64,000 nt of DNA from Betaproteobacteria bacterium (GTDB taxonomy: Bacteria > Pseudomonadota > Gammaproteobacteria > Burkholderiales > Burkholderiaceae_C). Under the pieces are notes generated by a model. The model was given only the letters and a program-made list of their open reading frames with translations, had not been told where the DNA came from and made no database searches. The stretch is from the NCBI GenBank assembly GCA_009923505.1, contig RFTK01000002.1, forward strand, positions 1,311-65,310, read 5' to 3'. The translations under genes were made by a program, and so were the position numbers. Position 1 is the stretch's first letter; every line of letters starts with the position of its first letter. This document shows, one piece after another, positions 10,172-20,059 of the stretch.

Positions 10172-10380
10172 CAAGTATCTCCGGGGGTGATGTGACGATG
10201 CCATGATAGGGGATGGCTTGCATTCGCACATCGTCTGCGCGCGCCGTGACCACCAGCTCGTCGCCAAGGTGACCTGAGCCATCGCCTGGCCTGTGAATAC
10301 CCCTGCAACTTGATCCTGGGTGATTGTGCAAGCCGTGCATAGAGGCTAGACTTTTGGTGTTCAATTCCGGGAGCGACGAG

Positions 10381-11607
10381 ATGACCATTCACCAGCTTGC
10401 ACCACGCAAAACCACGATCACCCCGTCACCCACACTGACCTCCGCACAAGCCCGGCAGGCTGCCGCCGAGATGGTGCCTCGCCTGGCTGCCCGGGCTGCG
10501 GAGACTGAAAGCTTGCGCCATGTTCACCCTGATACCATGGCCGAGTTGCACCGCAGTGGTCTCATGCGCCTGATGCAACCCGCGCGTTTCGGGGGGTCCG
10601 AATTGGGGCTGGATGACCTGATGAATGTGGTCTTTGAATTGGCCCGGGGCTGCGCCTCCACCGCCTGGGTGTATTCCAACCTGGCTTCGCATGCCTGGAA
10701 TCTGGGGCAATTCGAATTGCAAGCTCAGGAGGACATCTGGGGCGAGGATCCGAATGCCCTGGCTGCCACAGGCCTGGCATTTCCCTGCGGCAAGGCCACT
10801 CCGGTCGAAGGAGGCTATCAGCTCAGTGGTTTGTGGCCCTTTGGCAGCGGTGTCGACGCGTCCACCTGGATGCTGGTCGGCGCCATGACTGAACGACCTG
10901 GCGGAGCCCCAGAGCGGCGGTTTTTCCTGGTGCCACAATCGGATTTCAAGAGTCAGGACAACTGGAGTGCCTACGGCCTGACCGGCACCGGTAGCCACGA
11001 TGTGAAGATTCAAGACGCTTTTGTGCCTGAGCACCGCACCGTGTCTGCCGAGATATTTGCCGCGGGGCAGAACCTTCCAGGCGCACAGCTGTACACCAAT
11101 CCCCTGTTCTCCATGCCGACCTTCGCGGCCTTTGCCTACATTCTTTCCAGCGTTCCGGTGGCAACGGCCAAGGCTGCGGTGGAGCAGTTCACCGGCACCA
11201 TGCGCGCTCGTGCCAGCACCTACACCGGATCACGTGTGGCCGAGTTGTCATCTGTGCAGGCCCGAATCGCCGAGGCAGCCTCCTGCGTCGAGTTTGCCGA
11301 GACCGTGATCCGGCGCGACTGGCAAACCCTGGAAGCCAATGTGATCGCTGGCGAATTTCCCAGTATGGAGACCAAACTGCGCTGGAAACGAAACGTCGCT
11401 TTCGCGACAGGCCTGGCCGTGCGGGCCATCGATGCCTTGATGCCTGCCGCTGGCGCTGGCGGACTCAAATTGGACCTTCCCCTGCAAAGGCAATTTCGCG
11501 ATATTCATGCGGCTTCTTCCCACATTGCCCTGACCTGGGATGTTCACGCGGCAGCCTACGGACAAAGCGCATTGGGCCTACAACCCCAGGGGGGATTGTT
11601 GCTGTGA
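10381..11607 (+). CDS. Two-component flavin-dependent monooxygenase, oxygenase subunit (acyl-CoA dehydrogenase fold; HsaA/HpaH-C2/IacA-like)
   Basis: GCASTAW, QEDIWG, SGLWPFGSG, GLTGTGSHD and LQRQFRDIHAASSH. Start placed at ATG 10381. Confidence 0.85.
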   Translation: MTIHQLAPRKTTITPSPTLTSAQARQAAAEMVPRLAARAAETESLRHVHPDTMAELHRSGLMRLMQPARFGGSELGLDDLMNVVFELARGCASTAWVYSNLASHAWNLGQFELQAQEDIWGEDPNALAATGLAFPCGKATPVEGGYQLSGLWPFGSGVDASTWMLVGAMTERPGGAPERRFFLVPQSDFKSQDNWSAYGLTGTGSHDVKIQDAFVPEHRTVSAEIFAAGQNLPGAQLYTNPLFSMPTFAAFAYILSSVPVATAKAAVEQFTGTMRARASTYTGSRVAELSSVQARIAEAASCVEFAETVIRRDWQTLEANVIAGEFPSMETKLRWKRNVAFATGLAVRAIDALMPAAGAGGLKLDLPLQRQFRDIHAASSHIALTWDVHAAAYGQSALGLQPQGGLLL

Positions 11608-11699
11608 CGGGATCGTATTTGTCCTAATATCGTCTTGAACAAAACCGGTTATGGTCTGGACACTCGATTGGAGTGGGACCCCCTACAAAGGAGATCAGC

Positions 11700-12953
11700 A
11701 TGAATAAAACACGTCGTGAAATTTTGGGCACCGCTGGCGTTGCCATTTTTGCCGCCAACCTACCCACAACGGCCTTGGCCCAGGGAGCTCCCGTCAAGAT
11801 CGGTATGAGCATGCCGCAAACCGGTGGGCTGGGTGCCGGTGGACAAGCTGCACTGCTGGCCCTGCGCATGTGGGTGGATGACGTCAACGCCAAAGGTGGT
11901 TTGCTGGGCCGCAAGGTGGAACTGATTGCCTACGACGACCAGAGTAACGGTGCCAATACCCCGGGCATCTACACCAAGCTGATCGATGTTGACAAGGTCG
12001 ATCTATTGATCGCCCCCTACGCCACCAACGTGACCGCACCCATCATGCCCCTGGTCAAGGAGCGTGGTCTGATGCTGATGGGCAACTTCTCCTTCCAGGT
12101 CAACGCCAAGGTCCAGCATGACATGTGGTTCAACAACGCGCCCTGGAACGATGCGCGCGGTTGGTCCGAAGGTTTCCTCGATTTGGGCAAGATGGCAGGA
12201 GCCAAGTCGATTGCTATTTTTGCGGCCGATGCCGAATTCCAGCAAAACTTGGCGAACGGTGCGCGCGATCTGATCAAGAAAACCGGCTGGAACGTGGTCT
12301 ACGACCAGAACTACCCGCCCAACAACACCGACTTCTCCTCCATCATTCGCGCGGTTCGTGCCGCCAGACCCGAGGCGGTATTTGTGGCCTGTTACCCCAA
12401 CGAAGCCGTGGCCATCATGCGTTCGGTCAACGAAATCGGGTTGGGATCGCAAGTACAGATTTTCGGCGGCGGTATGGTCGGTCTGCAATTCACGCCCATC
12501 ATGCAAAGCCTGGGCAGTCTCCTGAACGGCGTGGTCAACTACAACTCCTATGTGCCTGGCATGAAGTTCCCCGGCATCGACGACTTCTTCAAGCGCTACA
12601 GCGTTCGTGCTGCCGCTGCCAAAGTCGATCCGCTGGGTTTTTATCTGCCGCCGTTCAACTACGCCACCGGACAGATGCTGGAGCAGGCGGTCAATGCCAC
12701 CAAGACCCTCGACCACAAGAAGCTCGCCGACTACATTCGCAAGACCGAGTTCCAGACCATTGTCGGCCCCATCGGCTTTGACAAGTCGGGCGAGCGTGCC
12801 AAGCCACGCATGGTTCAGGCTCAGTTCCGAAACATTCAGGACAACAACGTCGACCAGTTCAAGAACCCGGGTAAACAGGTGGTGCTGTGGCCGGAGTCGG
12901 ACAAGCAGGGAGATTTCGTGTTCCCGTTTGACAAGGCTCGCAAAGCCACCTGA
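11700..12953 (+). CDS. Liv/HAAT-family ABC substrate-binding protein with Tat-like signal
   Basis: TRREILG twin-arginine motif, VKIG...GGLLGRKVELIAYDD. AAGGAG RBS before ATG 11700. Confidence 0.88.
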   Translation: MNKTRREILGTAGVAIFAANLPTTALAQGAPVKIGMSMPQTGGLGAGGQAALLALRMWVDDVNAKGGLLGRKVELIAYDDQSNGANTPGIYTKLIDVDKVDLLIAPYATNVTAPIMPLVKERGLMLMGNFSFQVNAKVQHDMWFNNAPWNDARGWSEGFLDLGKMAGAKSIAIFAADAEFQQNLANGARDLIKKTGWNVVYDQNYPPNNTDFSSIIRAVRAARPEAVFVACYPNEAVAIMRSVNEIGLGSQVQIFGGGMVGLQFTPIMQSLGSLLNGVVNYNSYVPGMKFPGIDDFFKRYSVRAAAAKVDPLGFYLPPFNYATGQMLEQAVNATKTLDHKKLADYIRKTEFQTIVGPIGFDKSGERAKPRMVQAQFRNIQDNNVDQFKNPGKQVVLWPESDKQGDFVFPFDKARKAT

Positions 12954-12974
12954 TAACTTCGATTGACTTGAAGC

Positions 12975-12992
12975 GGGCGGCTTCGGCCGCCC
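12975..12992 (+). other. GC-rich stem with UUCG tetraloop after the binding-protein gene (mRNA-stabilising or partial terminator hairpin)
   Basis: GGGCGGC-TTCG-GCCGCCC between the binding-protein and permease genes. Confidence 0.55.
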
Positions 12993-13010
12993 CTGCTGGA
13001 TTGCACATTC

Positions 13011-13883
13011 ATGTTTTCTCTTGAACTGTTGTTCGAGGCAGCCCTCTTTGGGGTGCTTCTGGGTTGCTTTTATGCAGCGGTGAGCTTGGGGCTATCGGTT
13101 GCCTTCGGTTTGCTGGATGTGCCCTATGTGGCGCATCCGGCCTTGCTGGTCATGGGCTCTTACGCCACCTACCTGGTCAGCTCGATGGGGATTGACCCGT
13201 TGCTATCGGGTCTGTTGCTCATGCCCATCTTCTTCTTGCTCGGCATGGGCTTGTACCGCTTCTATTACGAAACCTTTGAAAAGCGCGGCAGTGATGCTGG
13301 TGTTCGTGGGCTGGGTTTCTTTTTCGGGATCGCCTTCATCGTCGAAGTGGCGTTGATTCTGATTTTTGGTGTGGACCAGCGCAGCGTGCGAGCAGGCTAC
13401 ATCGGCAGCAGCCTGGAAATTGGCGACTTCCGCTTCCCGTATCGCATGTTGGTGGCATTTGCGGTGGCCCTACTTCTCACCCTGGTGTTGACGGTCTATT
13501 TCTCTAAAACCTTCAACGGGCGCGCCATCAAGGCCGTGGGGCAGGACGAATCGGCCTTGAGGCTCATGGGCGCCAACCCCGTCAAGATCAAGCAACTGGC
13601 CTTCGGCATTGCCACCGCAGTCAACGCCCTGGCGGGTGCCATGTTGATCATTGTCGGGCCGGTCGAACCGGCGATGGATCGTATCTATATTGGGCGAACT
13701 TTTTGCGTGGTGGTGCTCGCCGGACTGGGCAGCATGAGTGGCACGCTGGTGGCTGGACTCATCCTGGGCGTGGTCGAGTCGGTGGTGCTGATGACCTTTG
13801 GGGCTTCCTGGGCGCCAGCCGTGTCTTTCGGCTTGTTGCTCGTGATGCTGGGCGTACGTCCGCAAGGCCTGTTCGGAAGGTAA
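13011..13883 (+). CDS. Liv-type ABC permease (LivH-like)
   Basis: SLGLSVAFG, GRAIKAVGQD and VVVLAGLGS. Confidence 0.9.
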   Translation: MFSLELLFEAALFGVLLGCFYAAVSLGLSVAFGLLDVPYVAHPALLVMGSYATYLVSSMGIDPLLSGLLLMPIFFLLGMGLYRFYYETFEKRGSDAGVRGLGFFFGIAFIVEVALILIFGVDQRSVRAGYIGSSLEIGDFRFPYRMLVAFAVALLLTLVLTVYFSKTFNGRAIKAVGQDESALRLMGANPVKIKQLAFGIATAVNALAGAMLIIVGPVEPAMDRIYIGRTFCVVVLAGLGSMSGTLVAGLILGVVESVVLMTFGASWAPAVSFGLLLVMLGVRPQGLFGR

Positions 13884-13890
13884 GCCAACC

Positions 13891-14823
13891 ATGAAATTCT
13901 GGATCATTTGTGCAGCCCTGGTGTTGGGCTTTCTCGGGCTGAGCCTCTCGGGCATCAACGAGTACGTGTTCTTTGCCGGCTTTGTCATTCTCCAGTTCGT
14001 GGTGCTGGCCACGGCCTGGAATATCCTGGGCGGCTATGCCGGCTACGTTAACTTCGGCGTGCCCGCATTTGTGGCCGTCGGGGCGTATACCGCCGTGGTC
14101 TTGTTCAAAGCCTATCAGGCCCCCATCCTGGTGCAAATCCTGGGCGGCGGCATTTTGGCTGGTTTGCTGGGGTTGGCGGTTGGCCTGCTCACCCTGAAGC
14201 TGCGTGGCATTTTCTTCTCCATTGCCACCGTGGCCGTGGTCTTCATCCTGGAGACCGTGGTCATGAACTGGCGCTATGTGGGCGGTGCCTCTGGCTTGCA
14301 GTTGACCCGTCCGGCGGATTTGATGTTTTTCGACTCTTACACCCGCATGCTGTTCTTTGTCATGGCTGTGATGGCGATCGGGTCAGTCGCGGTGGCACGC
14401 TACATCCAGAACTCTTTCCTGGGACGTGGTCTGCGGGCGGTGCGAGATTCTGAAGAAGCGGCCGAGTGTTCTGGCGTACCCACCTTGCGCATCAAGCTGA
14501 TCGCCTGTGTGGTCTCGGGTGCCCTGATGGGTGTGGCAGGCGCACCCATGCCCATGTACCTGAGCTATATCGAGCCGACGTCGACCTTCAACCTCAGCTA
14601 CTCCATTTCCGCGCTGGGCATGCCCATCATCGGTGGCACGTCTCACTGGATGGGTCCGGTGATTGGTGCGGTGCTCTTGGGAACCTTGCAGCAAATCGTC
14701 ACCGTCACGGTGTCGAGTGAACTCAACGTGCTGGTGGTTGGATTGCTGCTGGTGTTCTTTGTCGTGGCAGCGCCTGATGGTGTGCTCGGACTGGTGAAAA
14801 AATGGAAGCAATCCTCGAAGTAA
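13891..14823 (+). CDS. Liv-type ABC permease (LivM-like)
   Basis: WNILGGYAGYVNFG, GRGLRAVRDSEEAA and IIGG. Confidence 0.9.
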   Translation: MKFWIICAALVLGFLGLSLSGINEYVFFAGFVILQFVVLATAWNILGGYAGYVNFGVPAFVAVGAYTAVVLFKAYQAPILVQILGGGILAGLLGLAVGLLTLKLRGIFFSIATVAVVFILETVVMNWRYVGGASGLQLTRPADLMFFDSYTRMLFFVMAVMAIGSVAVARYIQNSFLGRGLRAVRDSEEAAECSGVPTLRIKLIACVVSGALMGVAGAPMPMYLSYIEPTSTFNLSYSISALGMPIIGGTSHWMGPVIGAVLLGTLQQIVTVTVSSELNVLVVGLLLVFFVVAAPDGVLGLVKKWKQSSK

Positions 14824-15524
14824 ACAACGTCAGCAAGCACTTTGGCGGCTTCACGGCCCTCAATGGGGTGAACTTGCATGTGCAGCGCGGTGAACGCCTG
14901 GGTCTGATTGGGCCCAACGGGTCGGGCAAGACCACCATGATCAACTGCATCTCGGGTGCCCTGATCAACGACAGCGGCGATATTCGGTTTGATGGTCGCC
15001 ACATTCATACCCTGCCAGCCTACCAACGCACCAAGCTGGGCATTGCGCGCAGTTTCCAGATTCCGCGTCCGTTTGGCAGCATGACGGTGCTGGAAAACCT
15101 CCTGGTGCCGTTTGCCTATGTGGGGGGCGCCGATGGTCCCAAAGAGCGTCGCGAGGCGATGGATATTCTCGAGCGCATGGGGCTGGCTGCCAAAGCTGAA
15201 GTGTCCTCCAAGCAGCTGTCCCAAGTGGAGTTGCGCAAGATGGAGCTGGCACGGGCGATGGCGGCCAAACCCCAGTTGCTCATTTCTGACGAAGCCATGG
15301 CCGGGCTGGCCGGCGCCGAGATTGACGAGGTGTTGCAGATCCTGTTTGATCTGAATGCCATGGGCATCACCATCATCATGATCGAACACATCATGCAGGC
15401 CGTCATGAAGTTTTCACAGCGTGTGGTGTGCCTGGATGCCGGCAAGATCATCTGCGAAGGCACGCCTGAAAGCATTTTCAAAAACCCGGACGTACAGAGA
15501 GCATACCTTGGCGATGAAGCTTGA
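14802..15524 (+). CDS. Liv-type ABC ATPase (LivG-like)
   Basis: Walker A GPNGSGKTT, ARSFQ, and ISDEAMAG. Confidence 0.9.
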   Translation: MEAILEVNNVSKHFGGFTALNGVNLHVQRGERLGLIGPNGSGKTTMINCISGALINDSGDIRFDGRHIHTLPAYQRTKLGIARSFQIPRPFGSMTVLENLLVPFAYVGGADGPKERREAMDILERMGLAAKAEVSSKQLSQVELRKMELARAMAAKPQLLISDEAMAGLAGAEIDEVLQILFDLNAMGITIIMIEHIMQAVMKFSQRVVCLDAGKIICEGTPESIFKNPDVQRAYLGDEA

Positions 15525-16242
15525 AATTCGTGATCTGCACGCAGGCTACGGCGCAGTCCGGGCCTTGATGGGCGTGTCCCTGGACCTGAACCAGGGTCAG
15601 ACCGTGGCGCTGTTGGGCACCAACGGTAACGGCAAAAGCACCCTGATGAAATGCATCATGGGCATGGTGAAGCCGGACCAAGGCAGCATCCACCTCGAGA
15701 TCGATGGGCAGCGTCACGACCTGACCCAGATGTCCACCGAAGACATCGTCAACCTGGGCGTGGCGCTGGTGCCCGAGGGGCGTCGACTGTTTCCCAAGCT
15801 CACCGTGGAAGAAAACCTGCTGCTGGGCGCGTTTCGGCAAACGGCTCGCCCTCAGATTGCCAGCAATCTGGAGTTTTGTTACGAAGCGTTTCCCTTGCTG
15901 CTGGAGCGTCAAAAGCAACTCGCGGGCTCCATGTCGGGGGGGCAGCAGCAAATGCTGGCCATTGCGCGTGCTTTGATGTCCTCGCCCAAGGTCTTGTTGG
16001 TCGATGAGCCCTCGGTCGGCCTGTCACCCTTGCTGGTCTCACACACCATCACGAAAATCCGCGAACTCAAAGAGAAGTACCAACTCACGGTGCTGATGGC
16101 CGAGCAAAACTTCAACCAGGCCATCCGCATTGCTGACCACGGCTACATCATCGTGCACGGTGAGATCGTCTTCCAAGGCGATGTGGACACGGTCAAAAAC
16201 AACGAATTGGTCAAGAGTTTCTACCTGGGCGTGGCGGCCTGA
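15514..16242 (+). CDS. Liv-type ABC ATPase (LivF-like)
   Basis: GTNGNGKST, VPEGRRLF, MSGGQQQM and LLVDEPS. Start placed at ATG 15514. Confidence 0.9.
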   Translation: MKLEIRDLHAGYGAVRALMGVSLDLNQGQTVALLGTNGNGKSTLMKCIMGMVKPDQGSIHLEIDGQRHDLTQMSTEDIVNLGVALVPEGRRLFPKLTVEENLLLGAFRQTARPQIASNLEFCYEAFPLLLERQKQLAGSMSGGQQQMLAIARALMSSPKVLLVDEPSVGLSPLLVSHTITKIRELKEKYQLTVLMAEQNFNQAIRIADHGYIIVHGEIVFQGDVDTVKNNELVKSFYLGVAA

Positions 16243-16310
16243 CCTGCACGTCCTGATCCAGCGTTGATTGTTACGGGCTTTGCGATGCCCGTTTGAGGAA
16301 GGTGTCAGCA

Positions 16311-17171
16311 ATGAAATCTGCTGCATTTGAATACCACCGAGCCACGACCCTGGACGAGGCGTTTGCCTGCATGGCGCGCTATGACGGACAGGCCCAGTGG
16401 CTGGCGGGGGGGCAAAGTCTGTTGGCCATGATGAACCTGCGTCTGGCCAACCCGCCGGCACTGATTGATATCCGTGCCATTGCCGGCTTGTCAGACATCC
16501 AGCAAGTGGGTTCAGTGGTTCGACTCGGGGCCTTATGCACCCACCACCAGATCCTGACCTCGCCGATCATCCAGACGGCGGTGCCCTTGCTGTCTCAGGC
16601 CGTGCCGCATGTGGCACACCTGGCCATTCGCCATGTGGGCACCATCGGGGGCAGCTTGGCGTTAGCGGATCCGGCCGCTGAGTACCCCACCGTGGTGCAA
16701 GCGCTTCAAGGCACCTTGATTGCGAAAGGGCCCAGTGGAGAGCGACGCATCCCGGTGGACGACTACTTTGTGGGGTTGTACCAAACGGCTCTGCAACCCG
16801 GCGAATTGCTCACCGCCATCGAACTACCGGTCGCACAAGCGCATCAGCGCTTCCATTTCGACGAACTGTCACGCCGCCGTGGCGACTACGGCATGGTGGG
16901 GCTGGCAGCGGCAGCCCAAGTCCAAGCCGGCGCCTGTTCGGGGGTGCGACTGAGCTTTCTGGCCGTTGGTGATGGCCCCGTGCTGGCGCGCCAGGCCATG
17001 GCGGCCTTGGAGGGCCGCCAGCTCGACGACAGCACCGTCCGTCAAGCGCAGCAAGCCCTTGATCAGGACCTGCATCCCGCGGGAGATTTGCAGGCCAATG
17101 CCGCGACGAAATTGCATTGTGCTCGGGTCTTGCTCGGGCGCGCCTTGGCTGCCTGGAGAACTGCACCATGA
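16311..17171 (+). CDS. Xanthine dehydrogenase-family FAD-binding subunit (CoxM/CutM-like)
   Basis: LAGGQSLL, IRHVGTIGGSL, ADPAAE and RRRGDYG. Confidence 0.9.
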   Translation: MKSAAFEYHRATTLDEAFACMARYDGQAQWLAGGQSLLAMMNLRLANPPALIDIRAIAGLSDIQQVGSVVRLGALCTHHQILTSPIIQTAVPLLSQAVPHVAHLAIRHVGTIGGSLALADPAAEYPTVVQALQGTLIAKGPSGERRIPVDDYFVGLYQTALQPGELLTAIELPVAQAHQRFHFDELSRRRGDYGMVGLAAAAQVQAGACSGVRLSFLAVGDGPVLARQAMAALEGRQLDDSTVRQAQQALDQDLHPAGDLQANAATKLHCARVLLGRALAAWRTAP

Positions 17172-17671
17172 GTGAATTCACCGTCAAGACCACGTTCACA
17201 CTCAACGGTGTGAAGGTCGAACAAGACATTGCTGCCCGCCAGCACCTGGTTGACTTCCTTCGCGATGGTCATGATCTCACCGGCTCGCACCTGGGCTGCG
17301 AGCACGGCGTCTGCGGTGCCTGCCAGGTCATGGTGGACGGGCAGGTGGTACGCGGTTGTCTGACGCTGGCCGTGCAGATGCAAGGACGCAGCGTGGACAC
17401 GATCGAAGGCCTGTCCGAGCGGGGCGACCTGGCCCGTTTGCAACAAGCCTTTTTGCAGCACAACGCCTTCCAGTGTGGTTTCTGCTCATCGGGCATGTTG
17501 ATCACAGCACTCGACATCGTGCGTCACCATCCTCAAGCCAGCCGCGATGAAATTCGAGACCTCATCTCCGGCAACTATTGCCGTTGCACCGGTTACCAGG
17601 CCATTGTCGATGCCATCGAGTCGGTGCTCCTGGAACAACGTGTCATGCCGCCCCAAGGAGCCACGTCATGA
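17168..17671 (+). CDS. Xanthine dehydrogenase-family [2Fe-2S] subunit (CoxS-like)
   Basis: CEHGVCGAC, QCGFC and CRCTGY. ATGA overlap with the upstream gene. Confidence 0.92.
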   Translation: MSEFTVKTTFTLNGVKVEQDIAARQHLVDFLRDGHDLTGSHLGCEHGVCGACQVMVDGQVVRGCLTLAVQMQGRSVDTIEGLSERGDLARLQQAFLQHNAFQCGFCSSGMLITALDIVRHHPQASRDEIRDLISGNYCRCTGYQAIVDAIESVLLEQRVMPPQGATS

Positions 17672-20055
17672 ATGCACGCAACGAACTGCCGGTGAGCGAC
17701 CAGATCGCTCAGAGCGCCAATCCTATTGGTCAGAGCACCCCACGCACAGGTGCCCGCAAATTGTTGCAGGGCCGCGGCATGTACCTGGATGACATGCGCG
17801 TGCCGCGCTTGGCGCACGTGGTGTTCTTTCGAAGCCCCCACGCGCATGCTCGCATCAAGCACCTCGACTTGACCGCTGCGCGCCAACAACCCGGCGTCAT
17901 TGCCGCGGTGGATGGACGTGCCATTGCCGAGTTTTGTACCCCCTGGGTGGGCGTGCTCACACACCTGAAAGGTCTCAAGTCCGCGCCGCAGCATGCCGTG
18001 GCCATCGACCGTGTGTGTTGGCAGGGCGAGGCAGTTGCGGCCATCGTCGCGCAAACTCGACGTCAGGCCGAGGACGCACTGGACCACGTGGTGGTTGAAT
18101 GGGAGGTGCTGCCTGCGGTGACCGACATGCGCGACTCGCTTTCCAATCGCCAGGTCATCCACCCCGAGTTGGGTGACAACATTTGTTTTTCCCGCGAGAT
18201 GGTCACCGAGGGTTTCGAGGAAGCCTTTGCCAAGGCGGATGTGGTGGTTGAAAAAACCTACGACTTCAGCCGACACACCGGGGTGACGAACGAGCCGCGT
18301 GGCCTCCTGGCCGACTACAACCCGGCGGATCACACGTTGGTGGTGTACCACGGCACGCAAGCGCCTCACATGATGCAGGACATCTTCTCGCGGCATCTGA
18401 ACATTCCGGAATCGAATGTGCGTGTGGTGTGCAAGGATGTGGGGGGCTCATTTGGCATCAAGGTGCACGTGTATGCCGACGAAATGGCCACTGCAGCACT
18501 GTCGGTCATGTTGCGTCGCCCGGTCAAGTTTTTGGCCGATCGCCTCGAGTCCTTCTTGACCGACATCCATGCGCGCGAGCACACGGTGACGGTGCGTATG
18601 GCGTGCAACCGCACGGGCGAGATTGTCGGCTTTGACTTGCGTGACCTCACCGGCATCGGTCCGTATTCGGTGTATCCTCGCACCAGTGGCATTGAAGGTA
18701 ATCAGGTGGTCAACCTCACCGGAGGGCCTTACAAGCACAAGCATTACCGGGCTCGGCTCGACGTGGTGTTCACCAACAAGAACGTCACCTGCCAGTACCG
18801 CGCGGTGGGACATCCCATTGCGGTGGCCATCACCGAAGGCATTGTGGATGAAGGGGCCCGTGCCATTGGCATGGATGCGGCTGAATTCCGCCGTCGCAAC
18901 CTGATTGCCGACGACGCCTATCCCTATACCTTCCCCTCGGGCATCAAGTTCGAGAAGCTGTCGCACCACCAGTGCCTGGATCAGTTGTTGAAGCTCATGG
19001 ACTACGACGGCTTGCGTCGTGACCAAGCCGAGTGCCGCCAACGTGGTGTGTACCGCGGCATTGGGCTGGCTGCCATGATCGAGGTGACCAACCCGTCTCC
19101 TGCGTTTTATGGCGTGGGCGGCGCGCGCATCTCGGCCCAGGACGGTGCTACCGTGCGTCTCGACCCGGGCGGCATGGTGCACGTGTTGGTCAGCGTAACC
19201 GAGCAAGGGCAGGGTACCGAAGCGGTGTTTGCCCAAGTGGCGGCCAGCGCCGTGGGTGTCGGGGTTGATCGTGTGCGCGTCATCACGGGTGACACCGCTG
19301 TCACGCCCTACGGTGGGGGTACCTGGGCGTCGCGTGGCGCGGGTATTGGGGGCGAGGCTGTGTTGCAGGCCGGCAAGGCCTTGCGCTCCAACATCCTCGA
19401 TGTGGCTGCGGCGATCCTGCAAGTGGACAAATCCACCCTCGATGTGCGCAACAACGGCGTGGTGGACCGATTGACCGGCCAGGAGCGTCTGCCTTTGAAC
19501 GAAATTGGCCGCGTGGGGTATTTCCGCCCCGACACCTTGCCCATGAACTTCCAGTCGGAGCTCACGGTCACGCGCCATTTCACGCCGCGTGAATACGGCT
19601 TCACCTTCACCAACGGTATCCAGGCCTCTTACGTCGAGGTCGATGTCGAGACCGGATTTGTCAAGCTGCTCAAGCACTGGTGCGTGGAAGACTGCGGCAC
19701 CGTCATCAACCCCATGCTGGTGGACGAGCAGATTCGCGGTGGTGTGGTGCAAGGCATTGGCGGTGCCTTGTTTGAGGAATGCCTCTACAGCGAGGACGGC
19801 CAGTTGCTCAATGGCTCGATGGCCGACTACCTGGTGCCCATGGCAGCCGAGATGCCCGACATCGTGGTGGGCCACGTGCAGACGCCCACCAAGACATCGG
19901 AGCTGGGCGCCAAAGGCGCCGGCGAGGCCGGGACGGCGGGGGCACCAGGCGCCATCATGAACGCCATCAACGACGCCATTGGCGTCTTGGGTGCTTCGGT
20001 CGCGGTGCAACCCTTCACGCCGCAGCGGGTGCTGCAGGCGTTGGGCAAAGTCTGA
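17668..20055 (+). CDS. Xanthine dehydrogenase-family molybdopterin subunit (CoxL-like, not a canonical CO dehydrogenase)
   Basis: GGSFGIK, QYRAVGHP active-site loop, QGQG, TWASRG and GAKGAGEAG. ATGA overlap at 17668. Confidence 0.9.
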   Translation: MNARNELPVSDQIAQSANPIGQSTPRTGARKLLQGRGMYLDDMRVPRLAHVVFFRSPHAHARIKHLDLTAARQQPGVIAAVDGRAIAEFCTPWVGVLTHLKGLKSAPQHAVAIDRVCWQGEAVAAIVAQTRRQAEDALDHVVVEWEVLPAVTDMRDSLSNRQVIHPELGDNICFSREMVTEGFEEAFAKADVVVEKTYDFSRHTGVTNEPRGLLADYNPADHTLVVYHGTQAPHMMQDIFSRHLNIPESNVRVVCKDVGGSFGIKVHVYADEMATAALSVMLRRPVKFLADRLESFLTDIHAREHTVTVRMACNRTGEIVGFDLRDLTGIGPYSVYPRTSGIEGNQVVNLTGGPYKHKHYRARLDVVFTNKNVTCQYRAVGHPIAVAITEGIVDEGARAIGMDAAEFRRRNLIADDAYPYTFPSGIKFEKLSHHQCLDQLLKLMDYDGLRRDQAECRQRGVYRGIGLAAMIEVTNPSPAFYGVGGARISAQDGATVRLDPGGMVHVLVSVTEQGQGTEAVFAQVAASAVGVGVDRVRVITGDTAVTPYGGGTWASRGAGIGGEAVLQAGKALRSNILDVAAAILQVDKSTLDVRNNGVVDRLTGQERLPLNEIGRVGYFRPDTLPMNFQSELTVTRHFTPREYGFTFTNGIQASYVEVDVETGFVKLLKHWCVEDCGTVINPMLVDEQIRGGVVQGIGGALFEECLYSEDGQLLNGSMADYLVPMAAEMPDIVVGHVQTPTKTSELGAKGAGEAGTAGAPGAIMNAINDAIGVLGASVAVQPFTPQRVLQALGKV

Positions 20056-20059
20056 CGCG

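Noticed and set aside
16311-20055. Aerobic CO dehydrogenase (coxMSL)
   Set aside because: The loop is QYRAVGHP, not AYxCSFR or AYxGAGR. Gene order is M-S-L but no cox accessory genes are present.
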